Below, in pieces: positions 12,760 through 27,186 of a stretch of 64,000 nt of DNA. The DNA comes from Octopus vulgaris. Lineage: Eukaryota. The DNA lies in contig OX597832.1 of the NCBI GenBank assembly GCA_951406725.2, positions 16,120,001 through 16,184,000 on the forward strand, in the 5' to 3' direction. The translations under genes were made by a program, and so were the position numbers. The first letter of the stretch is position 1. The number at the start of each line of letters is the position of its first letter. Below the pieces are notes generated by a model. The model saw nothing but the letters and a program-made list of their open reading frames with translations, made no database searches and had not been told where the DNA came from.

Positions 12760-13670
12760 TACGACTGTCCCCCTCTTTCCCTTCGTCGTTTTTCTCCATT
12801 GTTCTTTCCTTATTTCTCCCTTTTCCTCTCCTTCTCTCTTCCCCCTATTCCCACTGATTCCATGTTTCCTCTCTCCTATCCCTTAATCCCCTTTCCCCCT
12901 CTTATTCTTCAATCCATGTGTTTTCGTGCCTTGCTTGTCGCCCTTGTACCATTTGTCGCTGTCTCTTTCATTTTCTTTCTATCTCTCTCTGCCTCCCTCT
13001 TTCCCGCCCTGTCATTCTTTAGTCCCGTTGATTTATTTCCCTTGTCCCCTATTCCTTTGTCCCTCTACTCACTCAACGCTTTCCCACATCAACCACGTGA
13101 TAGCTGTCCGCGTAAGACATTGTCATTATTTTTCTATCAGCGGCCTTTCAGGTTGGTCACGTTAGTGTGTCCTCCCGCCACGTCTGTTAAAATGTTCCCC
13201 TTTTCCTACGCGCCAGCTTACTACAATCGTCTGATAGTCGAAATACACTTTCTGTTATTTATTCATGTTGTATGTGTACAATTATTTTCCTCTTGTTGTG
13301 TAGCCGAAAGGCACTTGTCCATTGTATATGTAAAATTATTTTACTGTTGCCCTTGCATTATTATTTCATAACGTTACGTTCATCCAAGTGTCGAAAGATT
13401 CTTTGTGCTGTTTATTTATGTCTATTCGTAAATGTACAATTATTTTCTTTCCGTTGTATAGCTGAAAGGCGTTCTATGTCTATAACTCTAGCGTTCTTCT
13501 CTGTGTTTCATTGTTTGCTTTCGTTCTTGCATACGTCTGTTTGCCTTTCCCAGAAGATTAATACTTGTAGCTTAAGTCCCTGGAACTTGCCAGATTGGAG
13601 CAGTCCCGGAGAGAAATGAGTGCTAAAATGCAAGGAATTTTCGGACACTGACTGAAAGGGAAATCGGCTG
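12760..13670. mobile_element. Probable interspersed element: pyrimidine-rich tract plus internal direct repeats
   Basis: C/T-rich 12760-13090. An imperfect direct repeat of about 45 bp starts at 13275 and 13433 (tgtacaattatttt...gccgaaaggc / ...gctgaaaggc). No coding motif recognised. Confidence 0.35.
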
Positions 13671-13912
13671 CTAATGATGTTTATGCTGTTGTTGCCAAGT
13701 GTGAATTTTGTTTTTCCTTATGTTGCTTTCAGCTTATCATTCTGTCCTAACATTGATTTATATATATACATGTATACATATGTATGTGTGTTATGTGTGT
13801 GTGAGTGCGTGTGTATATTGATTGATATACAGATACACATTTACTGAGAATGATATAAGTACTTATATTTACAATATATACATACGCAGAATGATCTCTA
13901 TATATGTGTGTA

Positions 13913-14077
<165 letters not shown>

Positions 14078-14291
14078 CTATGTATTTACATACATATGCA
14101 AATGCGTACATATACATAAGTACAGATAGATAGATAGGTAATAGGAAATACGTATATATCTTTACCTGTCAATTTTTCTATCTATCTATCTTTCTATCTA
14201 TCTATCTCTCTAACTATATATATACATAGATACATTCATACATACACATATATAGATATATAGATTGATATATATGTACATATATATGTAC

Positions 14292-14382
<91 letters not shown>

Positions 14383-14879
14383 GTGGCCTGTATATACATA
14401 GTTCTATTAAATGCAATGCCATGCATTTTATTATACGTTTTATCTGATACGTCAATTCAATATGGTGTTTCGTTAAATATATATGACACTTAACTTAGAC
14501 AATATGAGTATGAAGATAGTTTTGACTGTGAATATATAAAATGGATAAATTTTATCACATAGTCATCGTAATCTACTTAGGCGAAGGATATTTTGAAAAG
14601 TATTAAATATCACAGACACACAGTCTGCATATTTTAAATCAGAGACGCCATGATGGCTGCTTCCATTCTATTCATTGTTTCTTCGTTTGCCAAAAATCGA
14701 CTGCACAAATAATTGACACAGGATTCTATTGATAGTAGTATTTCTGTATAAAAACGCTAGGTATTCAAGTTGAGAGTTAAACTGGGAAAGAAGATTTATT
14801 TGAGGTATTATATTTTTACTTGGTTACTTGATTCATCCAAGAAAAGATACAATCACACACAGCAGCATTTTTATATAAA

Positions 14880-14944
<65 letters not shown>

Positions 14945-15710
14945 GTATATATATAGGCAAACATACATACAAGGACACATACTTGTGAGAGTGTGTGTGT
15001 GTGTGTTTATATATGAACGTATGTATGTATGTAAACGGATTCATATGTGGGTCGGTATGTGCATGCGTGGTAATAATGCAATTATGCGGAAACTCATTAA
15101 TTTGACTGCAGAACCAGAATGTAGTGTGTTCGTGTCATTTTCTGAATAAACCATTAAGAATTTGAGCACAGCTCTTCATTTTAAATGCTTTATGTATGTT
15201 GCTCAACTTGTGCATAGCCTCCAGATAGTCCAGATCCCAACACCCGCACTGTCCTAAATATTTCAGCGATGCAGTGGCACGCTAAAGTTTACGACATATA
15301 TATGTATGTATGTTTGTGTATGTGTGTCTCTGCGTGCGTTCTTTTGTGTGTGTGTGTGTGTGAGTGTGTGCGCGCTCATGTTTGTGTACGTGTGTTTGTG
15401 TGTGTGTGTTTGTGTGTAAGTATGTACTGAGTTGGCCAATACATACATACATATACACATACAGTAGTTTTTTTTTTTTTCATCTTTTAACCGAAAATAA
15501 TTTTCGAAAGCTGTAAATATAAATATATGTAAAATTGTCCGTTCCAGTATTTTTTGCCATACTGATTCCGAATCAAGTATATCCTTAGAGATTATCTTGA
15601 TTTCCTCGCTAAATAATTTTGCAAGAGTGTTGTTTTAGCCTCCTCAGCTCTGAAGTACTATCTTTTGAAGGAATTTTGCAATGCTTGAAAAAAGGGGGAA
15701 TCCTGAATCG

Positions 15711-16232
15711 TGAGTCCTGGCTGCTCTTTCTAGTGGACGAATGGCCTATTAAGGCCATTCCTTAATTGTTAAATTTATATATTTAGTCTTTGACTATTTT
15801 CTCTTTCCCACTAGACCGCTGGTAGCGATAAATTTCTATTGAATTTTTGGCTACCCTAAATTGATTAATTGATGATTTTCTGGCTAATTCTGAGATTGAA
15901 TCGGCAGTTCATATTTACTGCTGATAAGTTGGCGCGAATACGATGGTCTTGAAAATTTTAAGGCAGATATTCCGAGGGCATTGATACAGACGCCTCGTGT
16001 ATATCCGTCTCTCCTGGTTTCTTTACTGATGAAGTGTAACCTATGGTAGATTGACTTAATTTAATTTAATGAAGCTGGTTTACCATTAAAAACACTGAAA
16101 CGATGCATCGTCTAAAGATGAATTAGGGTAAACGTTTTTAAATTTTCACCTAATTTCTGAATTACTTAGCGGTTTGAGTCCTGGCTGCTCTTTCTAGTGG
16201 ACGAATGGCCTATTAAGCCCATTCCTTAATTG

Positions 16233-16236
<4 letters not shown>
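15711..16236. repeat. 62-bp direct repeat pair containing a hairpin
   Basis: 15711-15772 and 16175-16236 differ at one base. The first copy has the perfect hairpin gaatggcc-tattaa-ggccattc. Confidence 0.9.
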
Positions 16237-17833
<1,597 letters not shown>

Positions 17834-17979
17834 TTTCTTGGATTATAGTTTGACTGAATTTGCACTCTCTCTCCCTCAATTTCACTCGCTTTCCTCTTTC
17901 TCTTTTTTTCTTTATATGTATATATTTATATATATATATACATATTGAATGAGAGAGAGAGAGAGAGCGAGAAAGTAAC

Positions 17980-18010
<31 letters not shown>

Positions 18011-18018
18011 TATAGATC

Positions 18019-18054
<36 letters not shown>

Positions 18055-18055
18055 T

Positions 18056-18088
<33 letters not shown>

Positions 18089-18104
18089 CAGATAGATAGA
18101 CAGA
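17980..18104. repeat. (GATA)n microsatellite
   Basis: Read directly. Confidence 0.95.
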
Positions 18105-18774
18105 TGTACATGCATCTGGAGATAAAGCAGAGTAGGTGATCACACTGAAAAGTCCTTAGCAACAGGGAGATATAGGCTCTAGTGTCTTGAAAGCAGTCAA
18201 GTGATAATTCCGAAGTCTGCTATAAAATATAATATGTGAATCAGTCATGAGAAGGATAGCAGAAATTGTTGCAGATGAAAATATCATTCCGTTTACTAAC
18301 CTGCTGGTTTTTGCTGTATCTATACATGTGTGTGTGTGTGTGTGTGGATGGGTGTATGTGAGTGTGTATGCATTCATGCATAAACATAGACAGAAGTAAT
18401 TGTATAGAAGATAAAACGTACATGTGCATATAGCTATGTGCATATAGCTATGAACATATGGATATGCGTTTTTGTATGTGTGTTTTTACAGCTGAATTGA
18501 CTCCGACATAGATTACGCATATCAAGTGCTTAGTTATGTTATGTAGTATGACGTAGACAAGTACTGAATATGACATATTTATGTAAAAGTAATCCTGAGA
18601 TTCAGAGCAGTCAGCTAAATATAAATAAAGCTGCATAAGAACTTAAAATTCGTATAGCATCTAATGAGACGATTGAAGTATATTAATATATCCTGCCGCA
18701 TTAGGCAATAGAAGCGTAGTATTACAATAGCAAATGAAAATACAAATTGATTACGTTTGGTATCTTTGACTAGT

Positions 18775-19132
18775 GGATGGAAGCACTCCGTCGGTTACGA
18801 CGACGAGCGTTCCGGTTGATCCGATCAAGGGAACAGCCTGCCCCTGAAATTAACGTATAAGTGGCTGAGCATTCCACAGACACGTGTACCCTTAACGTAG
18901 TTCTCGGGGATATTCAGCGTGACACAGAGAGGTACAACAGAAACAGGAAGTAAAAGTGAGAGAAAGTTATGGTGAAAGAGTACAGCAGGGATCACCACCA
19001 TCCCTGCCGGAGCCTCATGGAGCTTTAGGTGTTTTCGCTCAATGAACACTCACAACGCCCGGTCTGGGAATCGAAACCGCGATCCTACGACCGCGAGTCC
19101 GCTGCCCTAACCACTGGGCCATTGCGCCTCCA
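18775..19132 (-). mobile_element. tRNA-derived SINE, family A2 (different head and body, same 3' tail as family A)
   Basis: Head gaggcgcaatggcccagtggttagggcagcggactcgcgg...ggtttcgattccc has clear A and B boxes. TSD ctttgactagt (18764-18774) / ctttgtctagt (19133-19143). 18781-18925 matches 617-760. Confidence 0.9.
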
Positions 19133-20980
19133 CTTTGTCTAGTAACATATATTGATATCAGTTTATAGGAAATGTTTTACTGACGTGTACATTATTCGAA
19201 ATGGTAGTGGAAGTGGATGATTAGGTATACTCAACCTCTCATGCGTTGTTATTTAAATCATATCATTGACACGAAGGTATTAGTTACAATGGACATGTTG
19301 AAGTCCTCGGTACTTCTGATTACTGAGCATCTAGTTTAACTGGATATCAAACCTTCTGTGCTTTGGAATCTTGGCTGGGGCATATATTCACTTATTATCT
19401 ACGCTTCTATACGTTTCTTTTCAAGCACTTTAACACATTAACACACGATGTACTTGCTTTCATTTGGTTTTACCTTGTTTGGTTAGAGCATGATGCACGT
19501 GTTAGTCGATGATATTACGTTCACTTACTAATTTCATTATAGATGAGGTTAGAAAATCCCTATCCGCGTATTTATTATTACTTTATTATTAGTAGTATTT
19601 TCAATGAGTTCACTTCGTCAATTCTTTAAACTTTAGAAGCAGAAACTGTTTAAAATTTCGATTTCTAGTCATGAGATACAGATTCCAATTCTGTCTTCAA
19701 CTAGAGTTTTCTAATGTAAACATTTACTGACAAAATTATGACCAGTATTGGATTCATGGAAAACGAGTGGGGTGTTTTTATTGAAATGAAAACATTAGAC
19801 GAAGAATTTAGCCAATATATTGTTCAGCATTTTCCCGACGAATGCTAGAAATATACTGAATACTCATGAGATCATTTTACAGTGCATGGGCGTTTTAATA
19901 AGGAAACAACTCGCAAATTAATAGTCAATACATAGAGAACCCTACAACTGATATATGATTAAGTCTTTTACAAGGCTTGCATAAAATATGATTTCAACAC
20001 AATTTCACATTAAGACCAAACATGCCCGTGCCATAAAAAATATTTAATTGACACATCAGGTTTTAGAAATGGTTGCTAACTTCGCTTAAAGTTTAAATTG
20101 GGATATTTACGTTGTATGATACGACAATGATCAACAGTTAAAGTTTAAAGCAAATATACTTATGAAATAATAAACTGACTATTTCTCGACTACAGCGTAC
20201 ACAACGACATCTGACAAATAAAGTTCCCTACTTGAACACACAGGAGCAATCTCTTCGCCAAACATTTCACTATAAATCAGTAAAACTGTTCCCCTTCTAC
20301 GATTTCCATAATTACTAATTGATCGTCAGACGTTCATTTTTGGAAATGTAGAACGCTGAATTCATGTGTGAGAAAGAGCATAGGCAATTTATTATAGACT
20401 GTGGAGTAACGTTATGAATTGATACTAATTGGCATCTGGTAATTATTACGTATGTTTTGACGCAATCTTTTGTACAATATTTCGGATCAATCGTTTGGAT
20501 TCTTTCTTGAAATTCAGGCGATGTAAACTTTGCTTGCTTTTCTATGCATATTTCACACAATAACGCATCAATGAAAATGATCAGATCCATCGTGTTTGTC
20601 TCATGAAATTCTTTGAAGGACACAAAATATGAATACCCGACATTGGTACTCCAAGTGTTAGAAACCAGTATACAATCTTCGCATAAGGAACGGTAATGTC
20701 AGGATTAAAGTAGTACAGAACAACACACATTGATATTGGAATACACCAAAATTACAGTTTGAGAAAATTAAATTACTCGTGATCTACATTGAGACATATC
20801 GATCGTAAATATCCCCTTGTACTTCAAATACACCTGGATATGTTTAAAAGACACGTTATGAATATAAAAATCGAAGATAATCTAGTTATAAAAATGTTCG
20901 ATCCATTACTGTCTTAGTTTCGTTTAGATTTTGAAACCATACAACATATTGTTAGTATAATTACATTCACATCATACAAC

Positions 20981-21130
20981 GCGGCGAACTGGCAGACTAC
21001 TTACAACTTCAGGCAATTTTTTAGCGGAGTTCTGTTCACCTTTACGTTTTGAGTTCAAATTCAGATGAGGTCGAGGTTGTCTGCCATCCTTTCGATAAAA
21101 TAAGTACCAGATGAGTACTTGGGTCGCCTT
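20981..21130 (+). mobile_element. Degenerate SINE family B copy
   Basis: gcggcgaactggcaga...gagttcaaatt...catcctttcgataaaataagtaccag. Confidence 0.7.
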
Positions 21131-21277
21131 CCGCCTTCCTTTAAAATATTTGACTAAAATATTTGAAAGCATTGCTTAAATATTGGTGAAATCGCGTATC
21201 CTACTTATTAGGCTGACACACACACGATCACAATACCGTGATTGCAGTGTGTGGACCGAGTTGTGCACTGTGCTGTT

Positions 21278-22108
21278 AGTGATAAATGCGATAAAGAAAT
21301 AAGTGAAATACTTACCTATAGCCATGGAAAAAGCGAGCACTAAACCACGAGCACAATTAAGTACCCCAAATATATCCAAAATATCTCTGAAATAGGGTCC
21401 GATATGGTAATAACGAAATTTTTTAGAGATTTCTGTCGGCTGTCTTTGAAACACGTACTTGTAGTGATAAATTACTTGGTTATTGACGCAGTGTCTATTT
21501 TCGGCATATTTTGGAATTAGAAATCTTTCTTTTGCCCTTACTTATAAATTGTTTATAAATTTAACCTATAAAGGTATTTTCTAATATACTGGCCATTGAT
21601 AGAATTTGTTTCGAAAACTCTATCCTATATTAGATGTTAATTTAATAGAGTTCACTTCCGGACTCTCTTACTTTAGGTGAGCTGTTCGGTTGGAATCGCA
21701 CGTGCCTCGAGGTGTGCTAGAGAATTTCTATTTTGGATATATTTGGGGTACTTAATTATGCTCATGCCTTAGTGCTCGCTTCTTCCATGGGTATAGGTAA
21801 GTATATCACTTATTTCTTTACCGCATTTATCACTGCTGAAGAGAAGGTTCTTATGAACTGACTCTGAAATCGGGTCCGATATGGTAATAACGGAATTTTT
21901 TTAGAAATTTCTGTCGGCTTTCTTTGAAACACGTGCTTGTAGTTATAAATTATATGGTTATTGACGCAGTGGGTATTTTCGGCATAATTTGGCATTAGAA
22001 ATGTTCCTTTTGCCCTTACGTATAAATTGTTTATAAATTTAACCAATAAAGGTATTTTTTAATATGCTGGCCATTGATAGAATGTTTTTCGAAAACTCTA
22101 TCCTATAT
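21278..22108 (+). mobile_element. PLE-like partial tandem with inversion (A-inverted, B ... A, HHR-like motif, B)
   Basis: 21278-21383 is the reverse complement of 21729-21834. 21385-21630 is a direct repeat of 21862-22108. A CUGAAGA...GAAAUCGGGUC motif lies at 21836-21876. Confidence 0.7.
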
Positions 22109-22124
22109 ATATATAGTTACAAAC

Positions 22125-22188
<64 letters not shown>

Positions 22189-23779
22189 ACACACACACAC
22201 AAACACACGAGCATACGCATATAAATAGATGTGTGTATGTATGCATACAAGGAATGGCGCTATAAAACTAGAGTTGGAAACGCATTGATAATTTGTACAT
22301 ACCTTTCGGATGTCTTTGCAATGCTATGGCGACAGCGTGTTAAGTGGGTCTACCGAAAGCTAATTTATGGAATAGCCTTATACGAAAATTTTATCATAAT
22401 ATGCGTCCACATATTTATTAAAATGCTGTTGAACATTTTTGAGATCTGGTTTGTTTTTATTAAATTACATAATATATTATCAAACATCTCTCTCTCCAAC
22501 AGTGTATATGTGTTTGTGTTTGTGAATGCACGTGTCTGTAAGTGTGTCTATATCACTGTGTGCGTGTGTCTATATCGTTGTGTGCGTGTGTCTATATCGT
22601 TGTGTGTATTTTGAAAAGTATAATTCTGTGAAGCTCTTCGTATCACTCAACACGTCTTAGTATAACTCCACAGGGATTCGGAATAGATTCAATAGATTCA
22701 AATCACATAGATATCCAATAGCTTCGCATATCTGGCGTCGTGCAGACATGTTCAGTGATTTTAAAGACGGTTTCAAACACATAAATGCAATGTGTGCATC
22801 GAAATAACATAGATATTCATATGAATTAAAATAAGCGGCAGAAAACTATTGGAAATAAAACATTGAATGAATGACCGATGAGACAATCGCAGTAGAATTG
22901 CATAAGACACGTACGTTTCAATACATATCTAACACAATTCTTTGTACTACATTACCTATGTTAGAAATAATTTATATAATTATTCTGATAAAATCAGAAG
23001 TCTATGTTTTAATACTATCAGACTGAGAAATATGATAATTAATGGCAGCCTTTATAATGTGCAACACAAATAAAGGTATTATGGATCTATATTTCCAATA
23101 ACAAATGTTGGAATATGTCTAATATAATTACACATTACGACTAAATATGTAACGTAAAGTTATACAGAATATATTGCATAAAAAGACGTCCACTATATAT
23201 AGTTCGGAAATATGAGACGAAATCAAGGTATTAACGTAATCTCTTAGATATTTCAATCAAGTATAATGAAGCGAAATCATTTTACATGAACATAGTCAAA
23301 GTTTTGACCGCTATGATTTGGGAAATAAATATCAAAAATTTGTGACAAAGGAATATAATTCACTTTACACTAGCATGTAAATGCAGTGTATCTGCTGAGA
23401 AATATATTCTTGAATTTAAATATACTTTCGAACATTAAAGAGCAAATATATTTAGGAGAATCTAAAAGCCGCGAAGTAATAAAACGTCTCATGAATATCG
23501 CAAGAATCGGGAGGTATGATATGCTCCTTCATTTTCAGAAAAATAGTGATCCTCTCTTCCTATGTGTTGCAAAAGAAGGAATTTATTGAAAGTGAGATGA
23601 GGAAATAAATCAGTATCATAAATGATTGAATCCCAAATGAAATATACCGTGACGCATTCTAAACAGCAGTCCGATTTTATACATGTATCTTATATATAAG
23701 ATTTTAAATTCAGTAACATTTGTGCATTTCCCGTTTCGTCCAGCATGCAGATAACCAATATCTATAAACTTAATAACAA

Positions 23780-24095
23780 AGTCACTTTGATCCGTGAAAG
23801 AGAGGTGCAGCCAGAGGTAAGTATCCAGGAGGTAAAATAAATCCAATGCTGAGGTAAGATTTGGTAGTGGTATTGGTAGAATATAGGATTGAATCGTTAG
23901 CTCCTGCACGCATTTTTTTTCTCTCCTTGTTTCTCCCCGTGTTTCTTTTCTGTGTATCTTTCTGTTGAAGAGCGTAGACTCGAAACGTAATAGACTTGTT
24001 TTATTTCTATTCCTGTGCGCCATACTAAATGCAATTGTTTGTTTGTACTCCATCTGCCTTCGCCTTTTGTTTATTTTCGTAAAGCTTCCCATCTA
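23780..24095 (+). mobile_element. Probable Penelope-like 3' terminal fragment
   Basis: YRIESLAPARI from 23882 resembles the GIY-YIG C-terminal FRLGTLAPxGIN. It is followed by an HHR-like motif and a T-rich tail. Confidence 0.5.
23957..23994 (+). ncRNA. Minimal hammerhead-like motif with A6U change
   Basis: UCUUU-CUGUUGA-A-GAG-cguaga-CUC-GAAAC-GUA-AUAGA. Stem I pairs 4 of 5 and stem II 3 bp; the ACGU palindrome sits at stem III. Confidence 0.5.
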
Positions 24096-24613
24096 TAAAA
24101 TTAGGCTCCCAGAGATTATTAACACTCATTATCTACGTTCTCCACTGAATCTCACTTTATTAAGCCGTACCAAACAATGAAGCATAAAGTACATGATAAT
24201 GCACACATAAACTAATTAGCCAACGAAGACAAATCGCATAAAATTTTCTACTAAGTATATATCAACAAGTCTGTTCTCGAATCAGTGTCACTACGAAACC
24301 TCTAATGGAGTATGTAAGAAGCTCAAACCATAATCTTGGAAATATGGCTATTTTACTGATAATGATTAGGCAAAAACCAAAGCAAAGAGATTGAACAAAA
24401 ATAACAGAACTATTATAGGTACAGGGACTGAAATATTTAGGAGCGATGTTATTTGATTAAATCGACTATTGTGCTCCACTGGTAATTATCATATCGCATG
24501 AAAAACATAAAAGATAAAGTCAGCCTCGTTTAAATGCAGCAGTTACGATAGAAATGCAACACGCTTGATGCACCGGAGTCGAATACGCATACATTTCGTA
24601 CTCCAGTAACATT

Positions 24614-24637
24614 ACAACAACAACAACATCAACAACA

Positions 24638-24707
<70 letters not shown>

Positions 24708-24910
24708 ATACTAATACTTCTGCTGCTGCTGCTACTGTTGCTGCTGTAACTACTAATGCTGATGCTACTACAGCTGCTACTAATGTGACTTCTGCTGCTG
24801 ATGATGGGGATGCTGGTGACGAGGAAGCCGCTGATTCTGCCGCCGCTACTACTCATGCTAATAATAATAATAATAATAATACTAATAACAACAACAACAA
24901 GAACAGCGAC

Positions 24911-24975
<65 letters not shown>

Positions 24976-24995
24976 TGACAATAATAATAATGATA

Positions 24996-25059
<64 letters not shown>

Positions 25060-25106
25060 TAATAATGATAATAATAATAATAATGATGACAATAATAATA
25101 GCGATA

Positions 25107-25158
<52 letters not shown>

Positions 25159-25225
25159 CAATAATAATATTAATAATAATAATAATAATAATATGAATAA
25201 TTATAATAATAACCACAACAACTAC
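24614..25225. repeat. Compound trinucleotide microsatellite (CAA/CTA/CTG/AAT)
   Basis: Read directly. It is the source of the poly-N, poly-I and poly-L ORFs. Confidence 0.95.
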
Positions 25226-26074
25226 GGCAAAGGCAAAATCAGAATGTACAGGAAATAAGAAACCTGACTCTGAAACATAAAAATAGTGCTATTATAAGAA
25301 GTCGTATAAAAGTTTTATTCAAATGTCTTATTTAAAGAATACACTGACGATATCTACGATGGAAAACATAATTTAATATGATCTAAACGGACACATATAA
25401 TACGAAATTGATATGAAGCCGCAAAAACAGATCGTAAAACACCCCACGAAAGATGTGTGGGTGTGTATGAATATATATATACCCTATATATTGCTATATA
25501 TATGTAGATATATATATGTATATTTGTACGTATATATTCATATGTGTGTGTGCGCATATATCTATGTATTTTTGCAGGCATATATATGTATATATTGCAA
25601 CGCTTGCTTTCATCTATCAAGTCTCAACACTTCAAATAAAACAATACAGGGAGACCGAGGTTTAAAATGTCATGTCAGATTTGATATCGGAAGTCACGCA
25701 GTATGTTCTAAGTTACTTTCTTTATTTTACATACGTAAAGGCTTGTTATCTTACTACGCTATATATTCTGAAAAAATACTACCATAAGAACATATTTCGA
25801 TGTAATCGATGATCATACATACGTGACGGAATGACGTTGCTAGGGAAGGATATTTAACAACACTTGTCACATTGATTTTTATAATTTTTCATTTATCATA
25901 TATTGAGTGTTACTATAATATCATTAAGTGATTAGTTATTAAAAATTAATTTTTTCTCATCATTTTAAATCCATTTCAAAAACTTCATTTGTCAACATAA
26001 TTATGTATTACAGTTCTGTATTTAAGAGATTAGGAATTATGTACATTTTTTACATTTGACGGATGTTTGTTGTT

Positions 26075-26120
26075 AACACAACGTTTCAGCTGATATACCC
26101 TGCAGCCTTCATCAGGTGTC
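26075..26120 (-). ncRNA. Minimal type-I hammerhead ribozyme, intact core
   Basis: Minus strand reads GACAC-CUGAUGA-A-GGCUG-caggguauau-CAGCU-GAAAC-GUU-GUGUU: 5-bp stem I, 5-bp stem II and palindromic AACGUU in place of stem III, as in dimeric PLE hammerheads. Confidence 0.78.
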
Positions 26121-26341
26121 TTGGGGAAATTAAATATAGAACTGTATTATCTAATTGGTACGGAGTCGAGATCTGGCTTCGGACTTAAAGCTAATACCAC
26201 CTGGCTTGGAGGAAGGAGAGGAAAATATTAGATTTATAAGCCCTCAAATTCACTCCATAATTGCCCACAGACATATAACGTAGTAGTTAAGAGCGCAGGC
26301 GACTAACTCCAAGGTTCCGAGTTCGATTCCAGGCTGTGGCA

Positions 26342-26460
<119 letters not shown>

Positions 26461-26547
26461 AAGAATAATAATAATAATAATAATAAAAACAACAACAACA
26501 TCGAAATATACCTTAGGAATGAGATTTCGCGTTCGATATTTCCCCAA

Positions 26548-26594
26548 GACACCTGATGAAGCCTGGAGGGTACATCGGCCAAAACGTTGTGGTT
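26548..26594 (+). ncRNA. Decayed copy of the same hammerhead (G12A)
   Basis: GACAC-CUGAUGA-A-GCCUG...CGGCC-AAAAC-GUU-GUGGUU. The core G12 is mutated and stem II has a mismatch. Confidence 0.6.
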
Positions 26595-26978
26595 AATATG
26601 TTTGCGTCAGCGTAAGTTAGATTTCCGAAAAAAAACTGACGTATATAGTATTAGGTTAAAAATAAAGAGCATGTCACGTTGTTGATTTGTTCAACTAAAT
26701 TCTTAGAAGGCGATGCCCCAGCATGACCACAGTCAAAATACAGAAATAAGTAAAAGATAAAAGATGAAATATAACAGTTATATTTTTCTGCTTCATGCAA
26801 AGTAAAATATAGATTTAATAAAAAAGAAAAAAACTATTTCAGACGAATCCAATAGTTATGTGTTCGCTAATATTAATGTGATTTTCTCGGACATTCAAGA
26901 TGATACATATTTTTTGTTACACAAGTGGAAATGTTGCTGATCTGACGATATAAATATCTCAGCTAATCATTTCTTTTT

Positions 26979-27034
<56 letters not shown>

Positions 27035-27152
27035 CGTGTGTGTGATTGTGTGTGTGTCTATGTTTGTGTATATATGTATATATGTATATATGTGTGTGTG
27101 TATATGTATGTTTACATCTCTATTTATATATACGCATATATGCAAATGTTTA

Positions 27153-27186
<34 letters not shown>

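Noticed and set aside
12757-13371. 204-aa ORF rich in F/L/P/S
   Set aside because: It results from a pyrimidine-rich tract depleted of stop codons and has no domain signature.
19060-19130. tRNA-Arg-like sequence on the minus strand
   Set aside because: It is the head of a TSD-flanked SINE and has no complete acceptor stem, so it is not a tRNA gene.
25340-25375. CUGACGA...GAAA hammerhead-like match
   Set aside because: No stem I pairing and no valid stem III; chance match.
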